Shown here: in pieces, positions 16,062 to 24,000 of the stretch
How the letters are laid out: every line of letters starts with the position of its first letter
Position numbering within the stretch: position 1 is the stretch's first letter
Assembly (NCBI GenBank): GCA_030917065.1
Contig: JAUPVL010000042.1
Location: 2,419-26,418 of the forward strand
Length of the DNA stretch: 24,000 nucleotides
Source of the DNA: Patescibacteria group bacterium
GTDB lineage: Bacteria > Patescibacteriota > Saccharimonadia > CAILAD01 > BJGX01
Reading direction: 5' to 3'
Position numbers and translations under genes: made by a program
The notes under the pieces: generated by a model
Database searches by the model: none
The model's input: the letters and a program-made list of their open reading frames with translations, nothing else
What the model was told of the DNA's origin: nothing

Positions 16062-17171
16062 ATGCAACAAGAATTGACCCCCAAACAACAAACTGTAGAG
16101 CTTATCAAACAAGCCAACCACATACTGCTCGTTACTGGCAAAAACCCCAATAACGACCAGCTTAGTGCTATGGTAGCTCTGGAACTTATCCTGAAACGTG
16201 CAGGCAAACAAGTGAGTGCGATAGTCACTAGTGAACTACCCAAGGTAGCCAAGATACTAGACACCCACACCATTAGTAGAGATCTGACCGGTATAAGGGA
16301 TTTTGTAGTACGACTAGACACCACCAATGTAGAAGTAGACAAACTACGCTATGAGGTCAATGATAACAATATCGAAATAATAGTATCACCGTTTTCAGGC
16401 AATTTTACTTCCCAAGATGCTAGTTTTGACTACGGAGCATACAAATTTGACTTAGTGATAGTACTAGGAGTGAGCCAGATAGCACGTATAGACTCTATAC
16501 TCGAGCAAAACCCTACAATATTTGATGGGTTGCACTTGGTAAATATCGATTGCCATAGAAGCAACGAACAGTACGGTAGTGTGAACTTTGTAGACGCCGG
16601 TGCTAGTAGTGTTTGTGAGATGCTAGTAGGTATCATCGAGTCAGTTGCTCAAGGCATGATTGATTATCATGTAGCAACAGCATTACTTGCCGGTATCATG
16701 GGAGCAACTCAGGGATTTACAAATCAAAACACCTCTGCCAAGAGTCTTACTATAGCTGCCCAGATGATGAGTGGTGGTGCCAAGCAACAAGATATAGTCA
16801 ATACATTGTTTGCAGGGCAATCAAATACTGCCAACACTGAGAGCAATAGAGCTGATCGCAATAATGCCAAGACAGAGCTCAAATCACATCAATCAAAAAA
16901 TATCCGCAAAGATGAGCCAAAAGCACAAGAAACTATTGCCCAAAAACTAGCCAAACAAGGTATAGAGCTCACCGAAGAAGGTGTCGTAGATGCCAGGACA
17001 GGCAAGGTACTAGAAGAAGAAGTATTGGATGATGACTTGGACAAAATAAACGATGGGGATGAGCAGAGCTCAAAAAAGTTCAAAAATCCGCAAGCGGATC
17101 AGTCGCACCAGGAAACTTCAAGGGCAAATACACATCAGCAGGCATCCAAGGGCTCTAAAAAAAACCGATAA
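16062..17171 (+). CDS. DHH-family phosphoesterase (NrnA-like) with C-terminal hydrophilic tail
   Basis: HILLVTGKNPNNDQLSAMVALELILKRAGKQV..., FDLVIVLGVSQIARI, LVNIDCHRSNEQYGSVNFVDAGASSVCEML, ATALLAGIMGATQGF. The first motif is degenerate relative to canonical DHH. Confidence 0.8.
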   Translation: MQQELTPKQQTVELIKQANHILLVTGKNPNNDQLSAMVALELILKRAGKQVSAIVTSELPKVAKILDTHTISRDLTGIRDFVVRLDTTNVEVDKLRYEVNDNNIEIIVSPFSGNFTSQDASFDYGAYKFDLVIVLGVSQIARIDSILEQNPTIFDGLHLVNIDCHRSNEQYGSVNFVDAGASSVCEMLVGIIESVAQGMIDYHVATALLAGIMGATQGFTNQNTSAKSLTIAAQMMSGGAKQQDIVNTLFAGQSNTANTESNRADRNNAKTELKSHQSKNIRKDEPKAQETIAQKLAKQGIELTEEGVVDARTGKVLEEEVLDDDLDKINDGDEQSSKKFKNPQADQSHQETSRANTHQQASKGSKKNR

Positions 17172-17356
17172 GTCCTCTCGTAAGAGCATATCTTTGGTAT
17201 TTAGAGAACTAATATTAACAACCAAGAGCATTGCTTAAATACCTAGCTTAGCAAATTATCTGCTAGACAATCATCCCAGAGTATAGTAGGATATATCAGT
17301 TCTATAACCTTAGAACTTTCATTTCTGGCAACAGAAACAGATCGAGGAGGAATAGA

Positions 17357-17581
17357 ATGTCCTTACTCTGCGAACATACTCAGGCATTGCTGTTTGGTAG
17401 AAATATCACAATATGCGGCCATTGTCGTAAGAGGATTGTAACCCAGAAGGGAAGAAGAAGTTGCCCAAATTGCCATACAGTATTTCTGTACTGTGCATCC
17501 GACAGTCGTCAGCTCGGAGGGTCTGGAGATGAATTGGCGAGAGAGTACTTCCCTGATCTTGTGTATCAAGGAAGCATATAG
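17357..17581 (+). CDS. Small zinc-ribbon-like protein (74 aa)
   Basis: SD GAGGAGG before ATG; ICGHCRKRIVTQKGRRSCPNCHTVFLYC (CxxC...CxxC). Confidence 0.65.
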   Translation: MSLLCEHTQALLFGRNITICGHCRKRIVTQKGRRSCPNCHTVFLYCASDSRQLGGSGDELAREYFPDLVYQGSI

Positions 17582-17715
17582 ATAACAATTTGAAGAGCAA
17601 ATACTGGATAATTATTTGCTATTCATACCTACTAATCAATGCTTCTCAGATAAAATCCCGATCTTAAATACATAGCGATCGGGACAACTCCTAAGTCCAG
17701 TAGGTTATACTGGTT

Positions 17716-18363
17716 TTGGAAGTTGTTATGATATTTGAACCAGGTATATATTTAGTGAATAAACCCAGAGGCAGAAGTAGTTTCAGTATAGTGGCGCAAG
17801 TACGCCGACTTAGTGGTATCAAAAAGGTAGGTCATGCCGGCACGCTCGACCCCGAAGCTGAGGGGCTACTGATAGTATTGGTGGGTAAAGACTACACGAG
17901 ACAATCTGACAAGTTTCTCAAGCTAGATAAGACCTATCAGTTTGACGTAAAACTTGGTGAAAACAGTTCTACAGGTGATGAAGAAGGCACAAAGACCAAG
18001 CTAAGCTCACTAGAGCCCGATATTAATACCATCAAGACCGCTACAAGCCGTTTTGTCGGTGAAATATTGCAAACCCCTCCACAATACAGTGCCATCAAGA
18101 TAAACGGCCAAAGAGCCTACAAAAGCGCCCAAAAAGGCATAAAAGTAGATATAAAACCGAGAAGTATCACCATCAATCATCTCAAACTGATCAGCTATAA
18201 GTATCCAGTATTGAGCCTTGAGGCAGATGTCAGCTCTGGCACTTATATAAGATCGCTCGCTGAAGATATCGGTAAGGAATTAAAAACAGGGGGATATTGC
18301 ACGAAGATAGTCAGAACTCGCATAGGTGATTATTATCTTAAAGATGCAATAACACTTGATTAA
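17716..18363 (+). CDS. truB: tRNA pseudouridine(55) synthase
   Basis: GIYLVNKPRGRSSFSIVAQVRRLSGIKKVGHAGTLDPEAEGLLIVLVGKDYT; YDVKLG-like FDVKLGENSSTGDEEG; SGTYIRSLAEDIG. Confidence 0.95.
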   Translation: MEVVMIFEPGIYLVNKPRGRSSFSIVAQVRRLSGIKKVGHAGTLDPEAEGLLIVLVGKDYTRQSDKFLKLDKTYQFDVKLGENSSTGDEEGTKTKLSSLEPDINTIKTATSRFVGEILQTPPQYSAIKINGQRAYKSAQKGIKVDIKPRSITINHLKLISYKYPVLSLEADVSSGTYIRSLAEDIGKELKTGGYCTKIVRTRIGDYYLKDAITLD

Positions 18364-18395
18364 ATCTCTTAAATCTGCTACTATAAGGTAATCAT

Positions 18396-18662
18396 ATGTT
18401 AGCTAAAACTACGAAGAAGAAAGTAATAACTGCGCACTCATCGCACAAAAAAGATACCGGCTCTGCAGAAGTACAGATAGCTTTGTTTACTGCAAAGATA
18501 AATGAACTCACTGAACATCTCAAAGAGCACAAAAAAGACAATCACTCTAGAAGAGGATTGCTCGCGATGGTGAGTAAAAGACGTAGACTACTTGACTACT
18601 TACAGCGTAAAAGCCCCGAGCGATATGCCGCGGTGATAAAAAAACTCAAATTACGTCGCTAG
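18396..18662 (+). CDS. rpsO: 30S ribosomal protein S15
   Basis: [64 protein letters not shown]. Confidence 0.97.
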   Translation: MLAKTTKKKVITAHSSHKKDTGSAEVQIALFTAKINELTEHLKEHKKDNHSRRGLLAMVSKRRRLLDYLQRKSPERYAAVIKKLKLRR

Positions 18663-18827
18663 TAATATAGTCCAAAACATCTAGACATATGTGATTGAAA
18701 ATAGAATAATTAAACTATTCACGTGGTTGGTGATAGAGTTGTCTGATTATAAAATGTGTTCATGTTTATAATAAAATAACTCTCTTATCGAACAGTGGAT
18801 GTTTGAAGAAGGAAAAACTATAAATTT

Positions 18828-20972
18828 ATGAATATTATTCACCCTTTTGGTGGTAAACAAATAAAACTAAATACTGAATTTGCTGGTAAAAAGCTGGAAT
18901 TTGAAACAGGCCAAATGGCGTTTCGAGCTGACGGTGCTGTGACTGTACGCTATGGTGATACAGTGATATTGGCAACTGCCGTGGTGGCACCAAAACCCAA
19001 ACCAGAGACTGACTTTTTTCCGCTACTTATTGATTATGAAGAACGGATGTATGCTAGCGGAAAGATTTCTGGCAGTAGATTTATGAAGCGCGAGGGTAGG
19101 CCAAGCGACCAAGCAATACTTACTAGTAGGCTTATAGATAGACCTATTCGTCCACTGTTTCCCAAAGGATTCCGTAATGATGTGCAAGTAATGGTAACAG
19201 TACTAAGCGCAGACCTAGTGCACGAGCCAGATGTGATTGCAGTGATTGCAGCTAGTACGGCGCTCATGCTTACAGGCGTACCATTTGACGGCCCCGTAGC
19301 AGCAGCTCGAATAGGCCAAATAGACGGTAAACTAGTGGTAAACCCAACTGTTCAAGAACAAGAAAAAAGCGATCTCAACCTAACAGTAGCAGGTACAGGC
19401 GATGCCATCATGATGGTTGAAGCTGCAGCTGTAGAAGCAGATGAAAACGTTGTCACAAAAGGCTTAGACCTGGCTCTTAAGAGCTGGCAACCGGTCATCA
19501 AATTGCAACAAGAGCTCGCTACTAAGATGGACATCAAGCCCATGGAGTACGAGGTATTTGATAAAAACGATGAAGTATATGATAAGATATCCAAATTCTT
19601 GGAGGCAGACCTAGGTGATAGTATTCGTCATGAGAACAAACAGGTACGACACGAGGCCATAGCAGAGCTGGAAGCCAAGGTATTGCAAGAATTCGGTACC
19701 CTGCCTGAAGAAGTGCAAGACGATGGCAAGCAACGATACTCTCACAATGATATATCAGTAGCTTTTGAAAAACTTATCGATACCGAGGTACGCAAAGCTA
19801 TACTCAGTGATGGTTTGCGGCCAGACAATCGCAAAACTACCGAGGTAAGACCTATCTCTACAGCCGTCTCTGTACTACCAAGAACTCACGGATCCGCGTT
19901 ATTTACACGCGGTACTACACAAGGACTTAGTGTTACTACACTTGGTTCTGTATCTGACGCTCAATTGGTAGATACTATGGAAGAAGACACCACCAAGCGC
20001 TATATGCATCATTACAATTTTCCGCCATACAGCACTGGAGAAGCAAGACCCGTAAGATCTACCGGACGCCGTGAAGTAGGTCACGGATACCTGGCTGAGA
20101 AAGCGTTGCTACCTGTTCTACCTACTGTAGAAGATTTCCCTTACACTATAAGAGTAGTAAGTGAGATGCTTAGTAGCGCCGGATCTACTTCGATGGCTGC
20201 AGTATGTGGTAGTACGTTGACGCTTATGGACGCCGGTGTACCGATAAAAGAACCTGTTTCTGGTGTGGCTATGGGCTTAATGATAGATCATGAGAACCCT
20301 AAAAAATACGTGATTCTTACTGACATCCAGGATGCCGAAGATTTTGCCGGTGATATGGACTTCAAGGTAGCTGGTACCAAGAAGGGCATTACTGCCTTGC
20401 AGATGGACATAAAAGTCAAAGGTATTTCTTCAGAGATCATGTCTAAAGCACTAGAACAAGCCAAAGAGGGCAGGATGCACATTATGACAGAGATGTTAAA
20501 AGCTATCGCAAAGCCTCGCGATGAAGTTAGTCAATATGCTCCTAGAATTACCAAGATATCTATCAACCCAGAGAAAATACGAGAAGTTATTGGTAAGGGT
20601 GGAGAGACTATCCAAAAGATTACTGCAGAGACTGGTGTTGAAATAGACATAGAGGATTCTGGGCTGGTACTTATCTATTCCGAAGATGAATCCAAGGCCA
20701 ATGCGGCAAAAGAATGGATAGAATCTATCACGGCTGAAGCAGAGATCGGCAAGACGTACAAAGGGAAAGTAATAAGAGTGATGGACTTCGGTGCCTTTGT
20801 TGAAATAATGCCTGGTCAAGAAGGACTCGTGCATATCAGTCAATTTTCCGACACACATGTTGAAAATATTCATGATGTAGTGAAAGAAGGAGATGAGTTT
20901 ATGGTCAAACTCACTGAAATAGACGATAAAGGTAGACTCAACCTATCTAAAAAACAAGCCGAGAATGGATAG
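18828..20972 (+). CDS. pnp: Polyribonucleotide nucleotidyltransferase (PNPase)
   Basis: 714 aa; RNase PH domains (GSRFMKREGRPSDQAILTSRLIDRPIRPLFPKGF, RTHGSALFTRGTTQGLSVTTLGS), KH domain (GKGGETIQKITAETG) and S1 domain (GKVIRVMDFGAFVEIMPGQEGLVHISQ). Confidence 0.98.
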   Translation: MNIIHPFGGKQIKLNTEFAGKKLEFETGQMAFRADGAVTVRYGDTVILATAVVAPKPKPETDFFPLLIDYEERMYASGKISGSRFMKREGRPSDQAILTSRLIDRPIRPLFPKGFRNDVQVMVTVLSADLVHEPDVIAVIAASTALMLTGVPFDGPVAAARIGQIDGKLVVNPTVQEQEKSDLNLTVAGTGDAIMMVEAAAVEADENVVTKGLDLALKSWQPVIKLQQELATKMDIKPMEYEVFDKNDEVYDKISKFLEADLGDSIRHENKQVRHEAIAELEAKVLQEFGTLPEEVQDDGKQRYSHNDISVAFEKLIDTEVRKAILSDGLRPDNRKTTEVRPISTAVSVLPRTHGSALFTRGTTQGLSVTTLGSVSDAQLVDTMEEDTTKRYMHHYNFPPYSTGEARPVRSTGRREVGHGYLAEKALLPVLPTVEDFPYTIRVVSEMLSSAGSTSMAAVCGSTLTLMDAGVPIKEPVSGVAMGLMIDHENPKKYVILTDIQDAEDFAGDMDFKVAGTKKGITALQMDIKVKGISSEIMSKALEQAKEGRMHIMTEMLKAIAKPRDEVSQYAPRITKISINPEKIREVIGKGGETIQKITAETGVEIDIEDSGLVLIYSEDESKANAAKEWIESITAEAEIGKTYKGKVIRVMDFGAFVEIMPGQEGLVHISQFSDTHVENIHDVVKEGDEFMVKLTEIDDKGRLNLSKKQAENG

Positions 20973-21319
20973 AATTATGAAGGATATTTCTACGTCAAAA
21001 CTTCCGATTCTCGCTCTGCGTAGGCAAACTACGCTTCACTCTGATTCTCAGTTTTTCCTTGAACTACCTCTTCAAATTATATCCATAAATAATACCTAGT
21101 ATGTAATTCCAGACGCGTTCCGGTAAAGTACACCGGAATGTCACTGGGGAGACATCAAACCCTCTGCTTTGTAATAAGTTAGTATAAAAATGGATTATTT
21201 TGAGCTCAAAATTTACAATAATTTTAGAAGCATAGCCATAGCTACGTTGATAAAATTTTATAAATTTTGGGCCAAAAAAGACGTTTTTAGGCAAGTTATT
21301 GTAAGGCTGGGGGTTTGTA

Positions 21320-21898
21320 ATGAATACTGAAGATAAGCAAGCCAAGTTAGACACTATTGCATCGAAAATACTCGATAGGTCTTGCGGGCTCGATATCGCA
21401 AAATCATGTCTAAACCCAGTACCTGGAGATGGAGATCCGGACGCCCAGCTACTTTTTGTAGGTGAAGCACCCGGTGCCCAAGAAGACAAGCTAGGCAGGC
21501 CTTTTGTAGGTGCAAGTGGTAAATTTCTAGATGAGATGCTCAGTACTATCGGACTTAGGCGTGACGATGTATTTGTGACCAATATAGTCAAGTTTCGACC
21601 ACCCGACAATAGAGATCCATCCAAAGAAGAAATAGATATTTGCTTGCCTTATCTTTTGTCTCAAATCAAGATCATCCAGCCCAAGCTCATAATCTTTCTG
21701 GGTAGACATAGTATGAATGTGTTCTTACCCGAGCTAAAGATATCTGAAGCACATGGCAAGGTATACAAAAGATCTGGTATGGTGTTTTTGCCACTCTATC
21801 ATCCAGCAGCAGCCCTGTATAACGGTGGCATGAGACAAACCCTGATAGAAGATTTTTCAAAAATACCAAAAATCCTCAAGTCATTAACAACCAAATAG
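21320..21898 (+). CDS. Family-4 type uracil-DNA glycosylase
   Basis: LLFVGEAPGAQEDKLGRPFVGASGKFLDEMLSTIGLRRDDVFVTNIVKFRPPDNRDPSKEEI, FLGRHSMNVF, VFLPLYHPAAALYNG. Confidence 0.9.
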   Translation: MNTEDKQAKLDTIASKILDRSCGLDIAKSCLNPVPGDGDPDAQLLFVGEAPGAQEDKLGRPFVGASGKFLDEMLSTIGLRRDDVFVTNIVKFRPPDNRDPSKEEIDICLPYLLSQIKIIQPKLIIFLGRHSMNVFLPELKISEAHGKVYKRSGMVFLPLYHPAAALYNGGMRQTLIEDFSKIPKILKSLTTK

Positions 21899-22028
21899 CA
21901 ATTCATTGCATTTCGTGTCGAGTTGAATCCTTCGACTTTACTCGAGATGACAATAAATTCATCAACATTATTAAAAAGGTCGATTGAACTAAATCAACCA
22001 TAAAACGAAAGGAATCTAATCAATATAT

Positions 22029-24000
22029 ATGGATTCAAACAATAAACAACTAAATAGCCGACCTCTAACAGAGCAGGATTTGCAATCTACGGGTCGCGTT
22101 AAACCAAGCAATACTCACAACAAGCCGAGTAAGCCTAACCCGCAAACGTCTGCAAGTTCGAGTAATGGCAACTTCAATAAAAACAAAATACAAAACAACA
22201 ATCATAACAAGCCCAATCACAACAACAACCAGAATAGAGGCAATAACAATCGTCGAAAAAATGACAATTATGCTATGCGTCGTCGTCACGACAAAGGTCC
22301 TGCAGTATTTTCTGAAGGCAGCTTCAACGCTGATAATGCAAACAAACAAATAGAAGCACCTAAGCCAGTCACTATGAATAAAGCTGATGCCGGCAAGCTC
22401 AAGATAATCCCTTTGGGTGGACTAGATAAAATCGGTAAGAACATGATGGCCATAGAGTATGAAGATGACATTATCGTGATGGATCTAGGATTTATGTTCC
22501 CAGGTCCTGATATGCCAGGAATAGACTATATCATTCCAGATACTAAGTATTTAGAAGAGCGTAAGCACAAGATTCGTGCTCACCTTATAACTCACGCACA
22601 CGAAGACCATGTTGGAGGCATACCCTTTATATTGCCAAAACTACCTGCGCCTATTTATGGAGCACAGTTTACTATCAAGTTTATAGAAAGAAAACTCGAA
22701 GAATACAAATTGCCATTTAAGCCCGACTTAAGAATAGTCAACCAAGATAGTGGAGAAAAGATACAGCTTGGAGCATTCTCTATAGAGTTCGTAAGAATCA
22801 CTCACTCTATACCGGACGCTTGTAGCATAGTCATAAAAACTCCTGTTGGTACTATTATCAACACTGGAGACTGGAGATTTGATGATGACCCAATAAGTGG
22901 TAAACCAGCCAACAAAGCTAGACTCAAAGAACTAGGCGATGAAGGCGTGTTGCTACTTATGTGCGATAGCACAAGTTGCGAAAACGTAGGTAGTAGTCCT
23001 TCTGAGCACGAGATAGTCAAGACACTCGATGAGATATTTGTACGCAACTACAACAAACGCGTTATTATCAGCTCTTTTGCTTCGCAAGTAGATAGGATAC
23101 AAGTATTTGTAGATGCTGCTCAGAAAGCTAAGCGCAAACTAGCATTAGCAGGGCGTAGCTTGCTATCAAATATGGAAATAGCTGTGAAGCTGGGGTATGT
23201 CAAAGTTCCACCAGGCGTACTCATAAAGGCCTCTGATGTTAGTAAGTATCAAGATGGTGAAGTTGCGGTGCTTACTACCGGACACCAAGGTGAAGAAAAT
23301 TCAGGATTGGTTCGAATGGGTAAAGGGGAACACAAGGATATCAAACTCAAGAGTTCTGATGTAGTAGTATTGTCTAGCTCTATTATTCCCGGCAACGAGA
23401 AGTCTGTTTGGGGCATGATAGACGACATATTCCGCTGGGGTCCTTATGTATATCAGCAAGCCACCAAAGACTTCGATGATCTAGGTATTATGCACACCTC
23501 AGGTCACGCTTATTTTGAAGAAGTCAAAGAAATGATAGAGCTTGTACGTCCTAAATATTACCTACCTATTCACGGTGAGATACATCATATGGTGCACAAT
23601 GCTGAAATCGCCAAGCGTGGAGGTATCGTCAAGCCCGAAAACATCTTTGTAATCGAAAATGGACAAACTCTAGAAGCCAACAAAGAAGGTGAAGTGAAAC
23701 TAGGGCCTATCGTACAGTCTGGCTCTATTCTAATCGATGGTTCTGGAATAGGAGACGTACAAGAGATAGTACTCAAAGACCGTCTCGCCATGGCAAGTGA
23801 TGGTATATTTACAGTGATAGCCACAGTCAATCGTAAGACTGGCAAACTTGTTACTAGCCCAGATATCATCTCTAGAGGCTTTGTATATGTTAAAGACAAT
23901 GAAGAGTTGATGAATAAATCTCGTTTGATTGTCAAAAACATCTTTGCCAAAAGAAATCCTAAGTCACCGCCAAATTCACCTATCGTAAAGTCACGTATGC
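22029..24000 (+). CDS. rnj: Ribonuclease J (3' truncated by window) with Asn/basic-rich N-terminal extension
   Basis: Open frame from ATG 22029 (AAAGGAA SD) to the window end. LKIIPLGGLDKIGKNMMAIEY, LITHAHEDHVGGIPYIL, TGDWRFDDDP, TTGHQGEENSGLVRM, TSGHAYFEE, PIHGEIHHM: beta-CASP/metallo-beta-lactamase RNase J motifs. Confidence 0.92.
   Translation, partial: MDSNNKQLNSRPLTEQDLQSTGRVKPSNTHNKPSKPNPQTSASSSNGNFNKNKIQNNNHNKPNHNNNQNRGNNNRRKNDNYAMRRRHDKGPAVFSEGSFNADNANKQIEAPKPVTMNKADAGKLKIIPLGGLDKIGKNMMAIEYEDDIIVMDLGFMFPGPDMPGIDYIIPDTKYLEERKHKIRAHLITHAHEDHVGGIPFILPKLPAPIYGAQFTIKFIERKLEEYKLPFKPDLRIVNQDSGEKIQLGAFSIEFVRITHSIPDACSIVIKTPVGTIINTGDWRFDDDPISGKPANKARLKELGDEGVLLLMCDSTSCENVGSSPSEHEIVKTLDEIFVRNYNKRVIISSFASQVDRIQVFVDAAQKAKRKLALAGRSLLSNMEIAVKLGYVKVPPGVLIKASDVSKYQDGEVAVLTTGHQGEENSGLVRMGKGEHKDIKLKSSDVVVLSSSIIPGNEKSVWGMIDDIFRWGPYVYQQATKDFDDLGIMHTSGHAYFEEVKEMIELVRPKYYLPIHGEIHHMVHNAEIAKRGGIVKPENIFVIENGQTLEANKEGEVKLGPIVQSGSILIDGSGIGDVQEIVLKDRLAMASDGIFTVIATVNRKTGKLVTSPDIISRGFVYVKDNEELMNKSRLIVKNIFAKRNPKSPPNSPIVKSRM

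Noticed and set aside
17053-17238. 61-aa ORF overlapping the 3' end of the DHH phosphoesterase gene
   Set aside because: Out-of-frame overlap with a longer coding frame and a basic random-like sequence.
20496-20873. 125-aa minus-strand ORF inside pnp
   Set aside because: Antisense shadow of clearly conserved PNPase KH/S1 coding sequence. The same reasoning applies to the minus-strand ORFs inside polA, rpoD and mutM.
21018-21138. Hairpins between pnp and the glycosylase gene (GCGTAG-gcaaa-CTACGC; TTCCGGT/ACCGGAA)
   Set aside because: Short, ordinary intergenic hairpins, neither followed directly by a T-tract; nothing beyond a possible weak terminator.

Overview
The window looks like part of a reduced, streamlined bacterial chromosome, possibly Patescibacteria/Saccharibacteria-like; that placement is an inference from protein character and small size, not tested. 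Core genes in order: dnaG 3' end, rpoD, polA, ASCH-domain protein (-), ABC exporter (-), mutM/fpg, holA-like, rpsT (-), TrmB-family regulator, DHH phosphoesterase, truB, rpsO, pnp, family-4 uracil-DNA glycosylase, and RNase J running off the end. Three accessory patches carry small, GC-richer ORFs with strong Shine-Dalgarno sites: about 8.08-8.40 kb (-), 10.47-11.23 kb, and 12.7-16.0 kb. The last is the most unusual. It begins with a TrmB-like regulator whose promoter contains a 20-mer (TTGTTGACATATATTGACAA) repeated 18/20 at the promoter of a separate, apparently non-coding, hairpin-rich transcript (about 12765-13141, consensus promoter and intrinsic terminator). A second consensus promoter then precedes a 63-aa ORF, followed by a sequence matching the hammerhead ribozyme core (GUC...CUGAUGA...GAAA in type III arrangement, about 13698-13779). 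Next is about 1.1 kb of mostly non-coding sequence packed with long helices (13789-14810), containing an RNA domain present again at 15004-15049 with three compensatory base-pair changes. Finally two small ORFs are each followed by the same roughly 72-nt two-hairpin 3' element with two compensatory changes. I propose this 12.7-16 kb locus as a candidate undescribed regulator/structured-RNA/small-protein system. Its function is unknown and needs covariance searches.
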